A stretch of DNA of 64,000 bases from Dehalococcoidia bacterium (GCA_965197405.1 OZ240206.1:1820920-1884919); one strand, 5' to 3'. Positions 19,409 through 29,305 are shown, numbered from the stretch's first letter. Program-made: numbers and translations. The notes: a model not told the origin generated them from the sequence alone.

Positions 19409-19885
19409 CTAGGGCGGCGACACCATCGGGTGGGGCGTTCCCTTACTTTGAAAATCGAACTCCGCGACCAGTCTGCGGGACTCGTCTATGTTCATAATGC
19501 CCTTACGGGCCAGGAGGAACTGGAGGGCTGCGACGCGTCTCTCGTAGTACGTTAGCTCGTGCTCGCCCCTGTCTATGGGCCGGGCGTCGGCTCTCTCCTG
19601 GACAACCGGGGCCAGCCAGTCTTCCCAGACATCCACAAGCACCCGGTCATGTACAAAGTCCGGGTCTTCGTCGTAGAGGTGGGCCATGTGGAAGGACACG
19701 CAATAGAGGGGCAGCGCAGGCTCGCCGGTCCCGCCGTAGGAAAGGTCCGTGGGGTTTCCGGCGGGACCGTGGTGGTAGACGACCACCCCCTTCTTGCCGC
19801 GGATGAAGTAGGGGGTCCTGTTCGTGCCGCCTGGGACCTCCGTCTTGACCATAACCCTGTCACCAACGTTGAAGCTGTTCGTCAT
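19409..19885 (-). CDS. Nitrile hydratase beta-like protein, SH3-like half first
   Basis: F-VGDRV-V...RTPYFIRGKKG...LY-V-F...DVWEDWL, then IDRGEHELTYYERRVAAL--LL--KGI---DESRR. Confidence 0.8.
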   Translation of the reverse strand: MTNSFNVGDRVMVKTEVPGGTNRTPYFIRGKKGVVVYHHGPAGNPTDLSYGGTGEPALPLYCVSFHMAHLYDEDPDFVHDRVLVDVWEDWLAPVVQERADARPIDRGEHELTYYERRVAALQFLLARKGIMNIDESRRLVAEFDFQSKGTPHPMVSPP

Positions 19886-19981
19886 TTGCCGTCCTTCCAC
19901 CTCCAGAATGAGAGAAACCCCCAGGCAAGGCCGATTTTATCAGCAGCATATACCCAGGTCAACATGAATTTATGGCGCACT

Positions 19982-20190
19982 CAGGGTCTTTTGATTCTCG
20001 ACGCTACCTGTCTGCTATCAGGCAGGGGTGAATAAAGGCCCTCGCCGCGTGTCATTCCGAACGGAGCGAAGCGGAGTGAGGAATCTCAGACGTGGGCTTA
20101 TTCGAGAGCATGGATTTTTAGATTCCTCGCTGCGCTCGGAATGACATAAACGGGGCTGCAGGTGGCCTGCCTCCAGCAGGCAGGCGTCAG
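19982..20190. repeat. Family A left end plus REP-like doublet
   Basis: CAGGGTCTTTTGATTCTCGACGC; GTCATTCCGAACGG..AGGAATCT and AGATTCCTCGCTGCGCTCGGAATGAC; right boundary unclear. Confidence 0.65.
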
Positions 20191-20286
20191 GTAGGGACGA
20201 CGCAGAGGAAACTCAACCACCTGAATGGAAACGCCATCGCGGGATGCTTGAAGTGGAGTTGGGCATGTGGTATCTTTAAGGCAGGT

Positions 20287-20363
20287 CGGGGCGTGGCGCA
20301 GCCCGGGAGCGCACCTGCATGGGGTGCAGGGGGTCGCCAGTTCAAATCTGGCCGCCCCGACCA
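20287..20363 (+). tRNA. tRNA-Pro(GGG)
   Basis: CGGGGCG acceptor stem, CCTGC-ATGGGGT-GCAGG anticodon arm, GTTCAAAT T-loop, CCA end. Confidence 0.93.
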
Positions 20364-20444
20364 GTAAAACAAGAGAACTACACACGATTTTACGCACATA
20401 CCCCCTTGAGCCACCCCAATCCATGCAAATGACAGTTGCATCAT

Positions 20445-21407
20445 ATGGCCCGTAATCGCCGGCGCAACGGGACGCAGACCAGTCCCTTTGGGACTCCGGG
20501 ACGGTCCGGACACAACTCCGCCAAGTTTTACTCTAGCCGGCTTTATGACGGCTTGCCCAAAGAGACCCATGCGCCATATGAAGAAAGCCCGCTGCCTGCC
20601 AACTCCGTAAACAGGATTTTCTGCAAGTCCGGCGAGCTGATGGACGACTTGCCGGACCGCAGCATCCACCTGATGGTCACATCGCCGCCGTACAACGTGG
20701 GCAAGGAGTACGACGAAGACCTGACCCTCGACCAGTACCGGGCCTTTCTCAAGCGAGTCATGGCGGAGGTCTATAGAGTATTGGTGCCGGGGGGACGGGC
20801 ATGTCTCAACCTGGCTAACCTGGGCCGCCGGCCTTACTTGCCGCTGCACTCTTACATCATCGAGGATATGCTGTCACTGAATTTCCTGATGCGCGGCGAA
20901 ATAATTTGGGACAAGGCCTCCAGCGCCAGTCCCTCCACGGCGTGGGGAAGCTGGAAGGCGGCGGCCAATCCCACGTTGAGGGATATTCACGAGTATATAC
21001 TGGTATTTTGTAAAGAGTCCTTCAGCCGACCCAAGATAGAGGGGCGAGAGTCAACCATCACGTCGGAAGAGTTCCTGGAGTTCACCAAGAGCATCTGGAG
21101 GTTCCCGGCGGAGCCTGCCCGGAAGGTGGGGCATCCCGCTCCCTATCCGGTAGAGTTGCCCTACAGGTGCGTCCAGCTTTACACCTACGCCGGAGAGGTA
21201 GTCCTCGACCCTTTCATGGGAAGCGGGACCACGGCAGTGGCGGCGGTGAAAACCCGCCGGGATTTCGTCGGCTATGAGATTAGCTCCGAATACTGTGCGC
21301 TGGCCGCCCGGCGCGTCGAGACTTCTCCACAATGGCGAATTTGCAGGCTACAAGTTTCGCAGACAGACTCCCCCTCATCCCTTCGGCAAGCTCAAGGCAG
21401 GCTCTAA
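20445..21407 (+). CDS. Beta-class N4-C/N6-A DNA methyltransferase, no adjacent REase
   Basis: TSPPY before HPAPYP and VLDPFMGSGTT; tail runs into a repeat. Confidence 0.88.
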   Translation: MARNRRRNGTQTSPFGTPGRSGHNSAKFYSSRLYDGLPKETHAPYEESPLPANSVNRIFCKSGELMDDLPDRSIHLMVTSPPYNVGKEYDEDLTLDQYRAFLKRVMAEVYRVLVPGGRACLNLANLGRRPYLPLHSYIIEDMLSLNFLMRGEIIWDKASSASPSTAWGSWKAAANPTLRDIHEYILVFCKESFSRPKIEGRESTITSEEFLEFTKSIWRFPAEPARKVGHPAPYPVELPYRCVQLYTYAGEVVLDPFMGSGTTAVAAVKTRRDFVGYEISSEYCALAARRVETSPQWRICRLQVSQTDSPSSLRQAQGRL

Positions 21408-21433
21408 CCTTCTCCCACCAGGGGAGAAGGCAC
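21370..21433. repeat. CCCCTCATCC..AACCTTCTCCC hairpin repeat with micro-insert
   Basis: Matches 8219-8283. Confidence 0.7.
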
Positions 21434-21451
21434 TATGACACATTCTATGAC

Positions 21452-22573
21452 CTATGACACGTCCCGGGAGGGCAGCCGCACCACGGCAGTCCCCTTGGTC
21501 GTGACCTCTTTTCGCTGGTTCTCTCCCCATAGTTCTACATCTACCAGGTGTTCGCCGCTCTCCTGACGCTTGCCGGCGACCCTGCCCCTGCACCAGGTGG
21601 TATCTCCGACCACGTTGAACCTCCGTAGCTCGATGTATAGCTTCTTCAGAAAGCCGTCGTCTCCCATCCAGTTGGTCAGCAGATGGCCCATCCAGCAGCA
21701 GCGCTGGCAGCCGTAGTCGTAGGCCCCGGGGAGGCCCGCGCTCTCCGCAGCTTCCTGAATGTCGTGTACCCGTATTATGGCCTCCTGAGCGCCCGTGCTG
21801 GGGTCCACGAAGCCCCACGAGGGGTGGCGTCGTACCTCCCTCAGCTGGAGCCCGTGGGACAGGCCGCCGATGCAGCCCGCCGCAAAAGCCTGGATGTCGC
21901 CGTGGCTCAGGGGGCCTTTGACCACAGGTCGCAGCTCCTCTCCCACCTCCACCTCCTCCCACCAGCGGGGGACGTTGCCCCGGACCTCCTCGGAAAGGAC
22001 GGCCTCTTCGATGGCCTGTATCTCCGCCGGGGTGTAGCGATAAGGCTCGAAGGTGTACTTCCGGCGCTCGCTGGCGGCGGAGCGCTCGGCGCGCACCTGC
22101 CAACCCCTGCACCGCGCTATAGTCTCGCCCCTCTGGTTGTAGTAGTGGCACACGCTGGACTGAATCAGGATTCGCCCCGCGAACTGGCTGCCCTTCTCAT
22201 CCAGGCCGGTGAACTGCTCCTGTACCGAGATGCGGTCCCCCAGGTGAATGGGCCGGAACCACTCCCAGTCGTTGCCCGCGTGGAAGCCGTGGACGCCGGG
22301 GAGGCCGCCAGTGCGCCCTGAGCACCAGTAGACGCTGTACAGGAAGGCGGGGGGCGCGATGATGGAGCCATACCTGGTGTGACGGGCGTACTCCTCGTCC
22401 CAGTAGAGGAGGTTGGGGTCGCCGATGCCCTGGCAAAAGTGGCGTATGGCGTCCCGCGAGGCGTACTCGTTGAACAGCCCTACCCCGTACTGCCGGGGCC
22501 GGTTAAAGGTGCCGATGCGCTCCCTGAGCCTCCGTACTTCCTGGTCGGTAATCTTGCCTGCCTCTAATACCAT
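21452..22573 (-). CDS. Double hot-dog MaoC/FAS1-like dehydratase
   Basis: IRHFC-GIGD-N-LY-D--YA...APP-F; second domain W-EVEVGEEL, WMGDDGFL. Confidence 0.85.
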   Translation of the reverse strand: MVLEAGKITDQEVRRLRERIGTFNRPRQYGVGLFNEYASRDAIRHFCQGIGDPNLLYWDEEYARHTRYGSIIAPPAFLYSVYWCSGRTGGLPGVHGFHAGNDWEWFRPIHLGDRISVQEQFTGLDEKGSQFAGRILIQSSVCHYYNQRGETIARCRGWQVRAERSAASERRKYTFEPYRYTPAEIQAIEEAVLSEEVRGNVPRWWEEVEVGEELRPVVKGPLSHGDIQAFAAGCIGGLSHGLQLREVRRHPSWGFVDPSTGAQEAIIRVHDIQEAAESAGLPGAYDYGCQRCCWMGHLLTNWMGDDGFLKKLYIELRRFNVVGDTTWCRGRVAGKRQESGEHLVDVELWGENQRKEVTTKGTAVVRLPSRDVS

Positions 22574-22593
22574 CCGGCTGCCTCTCCATTGTG

Positions 22594-22809
22594 CAGGGCC
22601 TTTTGATTGTCACCCCGAGCGAAGCGAGGGGTCTAAAGCCCTGGCTGACCGCAGTCTTGTTCTGGCCGATGCTGCCTCGATTCCGTCTTTGTCAGGCGCC
22701 ATTTTAGATTCCTCACTCCGCTTCGCTCCGTTCGGAATGACATGTGACGGGGGCCTGCCTGTTGCTGGCAGGCCCCTATTCACCTACCGCCGGGGATGAA
22801 CCGACCCTG
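22594..22809. repeat. Family A MITE-like repeat (reverse orientation)
   Basis: CAGGGCCTTTTGATTGTCACCCCGAGCGAAGCGAGGGGTCT...AGATTCCTCACTCCG..GGAATGAC. Confidence 0.7.
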
Positions 22810-22814
22810 GGGTG

Positions 22815-24560
22815 CTAATAGCCCCTGGCCTCCGCGATTCTGAAGACGTCCACGCCCCCGTGCACTCTCCCGTTTTCGTGGTCCACCAGGATGCCCAGCG
22901 GGGTGGCGAAGTTGATGTCGGCGGGGGACTCCTCGACGACCGCGATATTGTGACCCATAGCGACTAGGGCATCCAACGCGGCTGCATCGAGGCGAGCGTC
23001 GGCCATGGCCTCCCTTGCGCTGGCATCCACCCGGGGCTGGCCGATGGCCTCCTGAATCCCCATCCCAAACTCGACCACGTTGAGGAACACCTGGGTGTTG
23101 CAGTTGATTATACGACGCCCGCCGGGCGCTCCAATGCTGAGGTAGGGCTTGCCGTCCTTCAGCACGAGGATGGGAGCCATATTGGTGAGGGGCCGTTTCC
23201 AGGGGGCGATGGAGTTGGCGGAGCCGGGCTTGGGGTTGAACCACCTCATGCCGTTGTTCCACAGGATGCCCAGGCCGGGACTCACCACCTTGGAGCCGAA
23301 TATGCTCACGGCGGTCTGGGTGCAGGAGACGAGGTTCCGGTCCCGGTCCACGACTCCAAAGTGGGTGGTGCAATCGCCGTCGGAAGCGACTGAGGGTGCA
23401 TATGCGGCGGCGGGCTTGGGACGCCCCTCGTAGGCCCAGGGGTCGTGGACGGCCTTCGTCTCGTAGTGGACCCAAGGCTCCGTCTCCTCCGAGAGCTCGA
23501 GTCGCGCATGGCGGCTGTCTATCATGCCTGCCAGGTGCCTTGCGTATTCATCGGACAGGATGCCCTTCATGGGCACTTCGACGAAATCCTGGTCGCCCAG
23601 GTGGTAATAGCGGTCGGCGAAGGTGTGCCTAGCCGCCTCGATGAACAGGTGCAGGTATTCCGGCGAGTTGTGGCCCAGTGGGGCCAGATCAAAGTTCCCG
23701 AGAACGTTGAGGGACTGGAGCAGGGTGGTGGCGCCGAAGTGTACATCGGCGGTCAGGACGTCATAGCCCCGATACGAGATGCGGGCCGGGTCCCGTGCGA
23801 CGGCCTCGTAGGAAGCCAGGTCGTCGCGGGTGATAAGCCCACCCTTCGCCTTCATATCCTCCTCTATGGCCGCTGCCACGTCCCCCTTGTAGAACCCATC
23901 AGGCCCATGCTTGGAGATGAGGCGTATCACCTGGGCCAGGTCCTTCTGGAACAGTCTCTCGGCAGGCTTGGGCGAATACTTTGGCGGACGCCCGTGGGGG
24001 AGGAACACCGCTGCCGACCCGGGGAAACGCTGGAAAATGTCCATGGAGTCGCCGATGGAAAGGGCCAGATACCAGTTGACCTCAGACCCCTCTTCCGCCA
24101 GGGCGATGGCGGGTTCCATCACCTGTTGCAGCGGCAGCTTCCCGAAGAGCTTGTGGGCGAGGCAGAGGCCCGCCACCGTCCCAGGGACGGTGATAGAGCG
24201 GTACCCGTCGGCGTTCTCGTCTCCTTCCACGTCGTAGATGCCGATATTGCTTCCACCGCCGACGATCTTGTACATATCCGGGCTGGCGGCCTTGGGCGCT
24301 CGCGGCGGGTATTCTATGACCACGTTCTTGCCCTGGTCGGCCAGGTGAATCAGCATGAACCCCACCCCGGCCACCGAAGACATCATAGGTTCCACCACGC
24401 TTATGGCAAAGCCGGTGGCCACGGCGGCGTCAACGGCGTTGCCGCCCTGCTTGAGCATCTCCAGCCCCACCTCCGCCGCCCGGGGGTCTTTGGATACCAC
24501 AACGCCGTTTTCCGCTGCTACCTCTTCCTTGCCGGCGAACCAGCGACTCCTGAGCGCCAT
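22815..24560 (-). CDS. ggt: Gamma-glutamyltransferase
   Basis: GGNAVDAAVA, VPGTVAG, TTHF, FGS, GILWNN, GAPGG. Confidence 0.92.
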   Translation of the reverse strand: MALRSRWFAGKEEVAAENGVVVSKDPRAAEVGLEMLKQGGNAVDAAVATGFAISVVEPMMSSVAGVGFMLIHLADQGKNVVIEYPPRAPKAASPDMYKIVGGGSNIGIYDVEGDENADGYRSITVPGTVAGLCLAHKLFGKLPLQQVMEPAIALAEEGSEVNWYLALSIGDSMDIFQRFPGSAAVFLPHGRPPKYSPKPAERLFQKDLAQVIRLISKHGPDGFYKGDVAAAIEEDMKAKGGLITRDDLASYEAVARDPARISYRGYDVLTADVHFGATTLLQSLNVLGNFDLAPLGHNSPEYLHLFIEAARHTFADRYYHLGDQDFVEVPMKGILSDEYARHLAGMIDSRHARLELSEETEPWVHYETKAVHDPWAYEGRPKPAAAYAPSVASDGDCTTHFGVVDRDRNLVSCTQTAVSIFGSKVVSPGLGILWNNGMRWFNPKPGSANSIAPWKRPLTNMAPILVLKDGKPYLSIGAPGGRRIINCNTQVFLNVVEFGMGIQEAIGQPRVDASAREAMADARLDAAALDALVAMGHNIAVVEESPADINFATPLGILVDHENGRVHGGVDVFRIAEARGY

Positions 24561-24632
24561 CTCGTCCTCCTCTCCAGGATTGATTTTCGTGAAGATACTG
24601 GCTGAACCCCTGCGCCTCCCGCGCCCCTTATA

Positions 24633-25499
24633 TCAGAGGACCCGCCGGGCGATGTCCTCCAACTCCGCCAGAGCGCCATCTCCCTGGGTGTTTCTCAGGG
24701 AGATAATTACCCTGTTGGCGCCGGCGTCTCGCCAGGCCTCTATGGTCTCATGGCCTTCGAACTGGTCCGAAGGCCCCATTGACATGACCTCTATGGAGGC
24801 GGGGTCCCGGCCAGCTTTCTCGGCGAGGTCGTCAAGGGTGGCGCGTCCCCGCTTTACCTCATCTGAGGGGACGCGGGTGGTGGGCATCCAGCCATTGCCA
24901 TACTCCACGACCCACTTGAACACGTTTCTATGTTTGCCGCCCAGAAAGATGGGCGGGTGGGGTTTCTGGACAGGCTTCGGGAAGGAGCGGACGGGTGGAA
25001 AGTCGTAGTGCGTCCCGTGATACTCGGCCTCTTCCTGGGTCCAGAGTTGCTTCATGGACAGGATGGAGTCGCGCGTCTGGGTCCAGCGTCGTGGGAAATC
25101 TCCCCCCATGATTTCCGTCTCCTCCTTGAGCCAGCCGGCCCCAATGCCGAAGATGAACCTGCCGCCGGAGAAGTGGTCTAGGGTGGCGATCTCCTTGGCA
25201 AGGATGAGGGGGTTCCGTTCAGGGACAAGGCAAATCGCCGTCCCCAGCTTTATCCTCTGGGTCACGGCAGAGGCCCTTGCCAGGGCGACGAAGGGGTCTA
25301 CTATCTGGGCGTAGGAGTCGGGGATGTCGGCGCTGTTCGCGCGGAAGCCGAGGAAAGGGCTGGTGGTAGTCACGGGTATGACGGGGTGCTCCGGGACCCA
25401 GAAGGACTCGAAGCCCAACTCCTCGGCCCGCTTTGCCAGTATAGCCGGGTCCAGGGAGTATCCGGTCTCAAAAGAGAAAATGCCGACGTTCATAGTCAT
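24633..25499 (-). CDS. LLM-class (probably F420-dependent) oxidoreductase
   Basis: AEELGFESFWVPEH, DPFVAL, LAKEIATLDHFSGGRF-FGIGAGW, PKPVQKPHPPI. Confidence 0.9.
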   Translation of the reverse strand: MTMNVGIFSFETGYSLDPAILAKRAEELGFESFWVPEHPVIPVTTTSPFLGFRANSADIPDSYAQIVDPFVALARASAVTQRIKLGTAICLVPERNPLILAKEIATLDHFSGGRFIFGIGAGWLKEETEIMGGDFPRRWTQTRDSILSMKQLWTQEEAEYHGTHYDFPPVRSFPKPVQKPHPPIFLGGKHRNVFKWVVEYGNGWMPTTRVPSDEVKRGRATLDDLAEKAGRDPASIEVMSMGPSDQFEGHETIEAWRDAGANRVIISLRNTQGDGALAELEDIARRVL

Positions 25500-25652
25500 G
25501 GCTCCTTTGCCGATTGGCGTCCAGAGAAAGTATCGCTCTGCAGAGCGGGGGTCTGAAGTCCTTGTCCTCCACGCCGTCATGTGGCAGGAGAGTTTTAGAT
25601 TCCTCATTCCGTTCGGAATCGCCTATGCCTTGCCAAGGACACATCAAGGGGG

Positions 25653-25792
25653 ATGAGAATGGCGGCCAGCCTTCCCCACCGTCACTCCCGAGAAAGCGGG
25701 AGTACAGGGACCTGGGGCTGTGGATACCCGTTCCCCGTTTTCACGGGGACAAGCTTCACGGGCATGACGAAGGGTATTTTCATGGTAATGGC
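25653..25792. repeat. Family C repeat (ATGAGAAT...ATTTTCAT)
   Basis: Homologous to 16590-16730 and 47783-47901. Confidence 0.7.
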
Positions 25793-25845
25793 AGTGGACG
25801 CCGGGTGCTTCGAAAAATCGAAAGGCGCGGCGCCCCGGACCTTGC

Positions 25846-27303
25846 CTAGACTTTAGAAGGGGTTCCCTTCGCCTTATACTCTTCCAGCGCCGCCTTCACC
25901 CAGGCGAGGTCGTCCCTGCGCGTGGCATCATACATCTGCTTCGCATCTATCCCATAGAGGCGGGCAGCGTTGAGCCCCAGTATCTTCTCCTTCGCCGTGG
26001 GAGTGAGCTGGGGGTAGCCATACAGTTCCCTGTACTCATCGGGAATCTGGAAGGCGCGGAAGGAGTCAATCAGGGGCTGGGGAGAGCCGAAGATTACGCA
26101 ATCGGTCCCCCAGAGGATATTGTCCTCGCCCAGGGCCAGCAGGAGCTTGCCTATGACGTGGGCCGCCTCTCGCGGGTGCGCTATCAGGAGATACCAGGTC
26201 GCGCCCAGCTCGGCATAGACGTTTTGGCCCGGCCCGATACCGGCATCTTTGAGGCTCTTGATGAGACGGTTCGAGCCGATATGGGAGGTCGCCTCGGAGT
26301 ATGGCCCCTCTTCCTGCTCGCCCTCTCGCGGCTCATAGCCGGAGTGGTAGACGAGGAACGTGATGTCCGGGAAGGCCTTCGCCACCGGGCCGATGTCCCG
26401 GGGGGAGGATGGGCCGTTCCAACCCGTAGCCGCCCCGCCGCTTATCCCCTTGTGGGCGGATACCACGCGCACGCCCGTTTCCATGGCGCGGCGCAAGAAG
26501 GGCAGGCCGCTCTCCTCGTCGTCAAGCGCCCAGGGGCGAGCGCCCCACTTGTACTGTGCCAGGCCTTCATTGCCGTATACTGTGTAGACCTTCCAGCCCG
26601 CCGGCTGGCACCACTCGCTCCAACGGCCCATCTTTTCAATATCGCCGTCAATGTTGGGATGGACGACGGAGTGGCTGATGAGCCTGCCGGTGCCGCCGAG
26701 ACGCTCAATTAGCTCCTGGGTGCCTATCATCTCCGCGTTGGTTGTCATGCGCATCCTGTCCCGCTCCTCGTCTCCCGGAGCGGAGGAGAGGACCGCTATA
26801 TCCGTATCGCTCTCCAGGTAGATGCACCGCAGGTGTTCTGCAAGGGAGTACCCGGCCTGGTACTGGGTCCGCACCAGCTTGCCAATGCCCTTGAAGCGGT
26901 CTGCCCCAACGACGTCGGCGAGGCCTACGACAAGGTCGGCCCACTCCTGATGAGGGGCACGGTCTGCGACGTAATGGGTCTGGACGTCAATCACAAGCTG
27001 GTCACCGCCCAGGGCCGAATCGGCGGCTGCGCTGTCCAATGCCGCGGCTTCCGGTATATTGTAAAAGCCGCCGCCGTAGGCCTCATCCAATGCACGCAAA
27101 GCGGCAGCGGTCCCCTGCCGGCTGGACCAGTAGTCGGCCAGGGGCAAGCTGAGGCGGGTAGCGGCTGTAGGGCCTTCGGCCCGCACCCGGGCTACTGCGT
27201 GGCGCTGGAGTGCCGTATGAGGCACCGGCGTGTACTCGCCATTGGTGAGCTGACGGAGGAACATCGGTAGTTGAGGGCGACGCGGGGGAAGTTTCAGTAC
27301 CAT
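25846..27303 (-). CDS. Amidohydrolase_2 family protein
   Basis: IDVQTH, GWKVYT, AHKG, VYHSG, WGTD, KILGLNAARLYG. Confidence 0.85.
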   Translation of the reverse strand: MVLKLPPRRPQLPMFLRQLTNGEYTPVPHTALQRHAVARVRAEGPTAATRLSLPLADYWSSRQGTAAALRALDEAYGGGFYNIPEAAALDSAAADSALGGDQLVIDVQTHYVADRAPHQEWADLVVGLADVVGADRFKGIGKLVRTQYQAGYSLAEHLRCIYLESDTDIAVLSSAPGDEERDRMRMTTNAEMIGTQELIERLGGTGRLISHSVVHPNIDGDIEKMGRWSEWCQPAGWKVYTVYGNEGLAQYKWGARPWALDDEESGLPFLRRAMETGVRVVSAHKGISGGAATGWNGPSSPRDIGPVAKAFPDITFLVYHSGYEPREGEQEEGPYSEATSHIGSNRLIKSLKDAGIGPGQNVYAELGATWYLLIAHPREAAHVIGKLLLALGEDNILWGTDCVIFGSPQPLIDSFRAFQIPDEYRELYGYPQLTPTAKEKILGLNAARLYGIDAKQMYDATRRDDLAWVKAALEEYKAKGTPSKV

Positions 27304-27409
27304 AATACCTTTCTCCTTTCTACGGCCTGCAACCGGATGACTTACACTGATGCACCAGGACGTTGGTGTGCCAGCCGGTCCGAGCGCCCTGCTGGTTTGT
27401 AGCTGATTT

Positions 27410-27485
27410 TGGTGACCCGCCTCGGGATCGAACCGAGAACCTACGGATTAAGAGTCCGTTGCTCTACCAGTTGAGCTAGCGGGCC
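27410..27485 (-). tRNA. tRNA-Lys(CTT)
   Basis: Reverse complement GGCCCGCTAGCTCAACTGGTAGAGC..ACGGA-CTCTTAA-TCCGT..GTTCGATC..CCA. Confidence 0.95.
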
Positions 27486-27613
27486 ACGTACGATTTGGCG
27501 GCTCGGTTTGCCCTGCCTTGCCCCAGGCAGATTCGAGGGTTTATCCCAGCGTTTACATTATAGCCGAGTGCCTGGAGCTTCTCAAGTAAGGGAGCGCTTT
27601 GGGGCCAGGCTTC

Positions 27614-27641
27614 TTGACACACAGTGCCCCGCCTGTAGAAT
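27614..27641 (+). promoter_or_regulatory. Putative sigma70 promoter
   Basis: TTGACA-16 nt-TAGAAT upstream of Gfo/Idh/MocA gene. Confidence 0.5.
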
Positions 27642-27673
27642 CTAGGCATCACGGCGTAGTCAGGGAGGGCCAT

Positions 27674-28669
27674 ATGGGGTTTGCTCTTTGTATGATGGGC
27701 TGCGGCCAGTTTGCCAGGACTTTCGCAAAAGCCGTCAGGTCCTTCGATGGACTGGGGTCCCCTGACCAGCTCGAGCTGTTTTTCGCCAGCCGGGATAGGG
27801 AGAGGGCGAAGGAGTATTGCCGGATGTTCGATGGCAGGGACTTCTTCGGCAGCTACGACGAAGCCGCCGCCGACCCTAGGGTACAGTCCCTCTATTTCTG
27901 CACCCCTCATCATCTGCACATGGAGCACGCCCTTCTTGCCGCGCGGCACTCCAAGCATATGCTGATGGAGAAGCCCATAGCCCGCACCCTGGAGGAGGGT
28001 CAAGGTATGATCGCAGCCGCCAGGGACGCGGGCGTCAAGCTGATGGTAGCGGAGAATTACCGCTTTATGCCCGCAGTGCAGAAATGCAGGGAGCTGATTG
28101 AGCAGGGCGCTATCGGGGCGGTGCGGTTCATCCAGGTCCAAGAGGAGACCAACTTTACCGTTGCAGGCTGGCGCGCCGACCGGGAGCAGATGGGCGGAGG
28201 CGTCTTTATAGACGGCGGCATCCATTCGGTGGATATGATTGTCCACCTGGCAGGCATGTTTGAGGAGGTGCACGCTTCTACCCTCCCCAAGCGGTTCCCC
28301 GACCTGGACGGAGAGGACGGGATAGTCCTGATGGGACGGCTGAGAGGCGGGGCCACGGGTCTCATCAACCACTCCTGGGGGATTTCCAAGCGGGCGTGGA
28401 GGCTGTGGGTATCCATCTCCGGGACCGGAGGGCGGATATTCTTCGAGCGCGACAAGCCCAGGATGACCCTGGAGACGGATGAGGGAAGGAGCACCTTCAG
28501 GTTCTCCGGAGACAGGTCCGGCATAGGCAACATGGTGAGGGAGTTCATGGACAGCATAGCAGAAGACAGACCGCCGCCGATGTCCGGCGAGGAGGGGTTG
28601 AGGGACCTGAAGGTGGTCCTCGCGGCCTACGAGTCTGCGGCAAGAAGGATGCCCATTCCCGTGGAATAG
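27674..28669 (+). CDS. Gfo/Idh/MocA oxidoreductase
   Basis: GCG, TPHHLH, KH-LMEKP, GGG-FID-GIH-VD. Confidence 0.9.
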   Translation: MGFALCMMGCGQFARTFAKAVRSFDGLGSPDQLELFFASRDRERAKEYCRMFDGRDFFGSYDEAAADPRVQSLYFCTPHHLHMEHALLAARHSKHMLMEKPIARTLEEGQGMIAAARDAGVKLMVAENYRFMPAVQKCRELIEQGAIGAVRFIQVQEETNFTVAGWRADREQMGGGVFIDGGIHSVDMIVHLAGMFEEVHASTLPKRFPDLDGEDGIVLMGRLRGGATGLINHSWGISKRAWRLWVSISGTGGRIFFERDKPRMTLETDEGRSTFRFSGDRSGIGNMVREFMDSIAEDRPPPMSGEEGLRDLKVVLAAYESAARRMPIPVE

Positions 28670-28691
28670 CCTGGGAGTATATCCCGCTAGC

Positions 28692-28872
28692 CAGGGTCTT
28701 TTAATTCTCACGCCAGGTAAATACAGGCCCCCGTCGCGTGTCATTCCGAGCGCAGCGAGGAATCTGAGATGCTTGGATAGCAGCACGCCTAAGAAGGCAA
28801 GGACATTAGACCCCTCGCTCCGCTCGGAGCCTGCCCCTGGCTTGAACAGGGGGTGACAATTGAAAGGCCTTG
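28692..28872. mobile_element. Family A MITE with 10-bp target duplication
   Basis: Ends CAGGGTCTTTTAATT / AATTGAAAGGCCTTG; flanks TCCCGCTAGC / TCCCACTAGC. Confidence 0.82.
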
Positions 28873-28891
28873 TCCCACTAGCGACGCGGCG

Positions 28892-28920
28892 TTGACCATG
28901 CCCCACGTGTGGACTATAAT
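28892..28920 (+). promoter_or_regulatory. Putative sigma70 promoter for rsfS
   Basis: TTGACC-17 nt-TATAAT. Confidence 0.6.
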
Positions 28921-28960
28921 CTGGACAAGAGGCCCAAGAGTCCATCGAAGGGAGAACGCC

Positions 28961-29305
28961 CTGGACCCGGACGAAGTGGCGCGTATGGTGGTAGAGGTAG
29001 CTTCGGAGAAGCAGGCTGAGGACATTGTCATGCTGGATATACGCCGGCTGGCGGGCTTCGCCGACTACTTCGTGATTATGAGCGTCCAGAGCCAGCGCCA
29101 ACTGGAGGCGCTCCAGGAGGACCTGGTCAAAGCGCTCAAGGACTCGGGCGCCTCCCTTCACCACAGAGAGGGCACGGCGCGTTCGGGCTGGGTACTCTTG
29201 GACTACAGCGACGTCATAGTCCACTTGTTCGGGACCGAGGAGCGCACTTACTTTGGCCTGGAAGAGCTGTGGGCGGGGGCAGCCCAGGTGGTCAGGATTC
29301 TGTAA
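28961..29305 (+). CDS. rsfS: Ribosome silencing factor (start uncertain)
   Basis: KQAEDIVMLD, ADYFVI, S-RQ, REG---SGWVLLDY-DVIVH-F, R-YF-LEELW. Confidence 0.92.
   Translation: MDPDEVARMVVEVASEKQAEDIVMLDIRRLAGFADYFVIMSVQSQRQLEALQEDLVKALKDSGASLHHREGTARSGWVLLDYSDVIVHLFGTEERTYFGLEELWAGAAQVVRIL

Noticed and set aside
20363-27410. Integrated island between the tRNA-Pro and tRNA-Lys 3' ends
   Set aside because: No integrase and no duplicated tRNA 3' end (att site) seen
27476-29224. 582-aa minus-strand ORF and similar long ORFs (3286-4269, 11966-13198, 45647-46870)
   Set aside because: Antisense shadows of well-supported genes in GC-rich DNA
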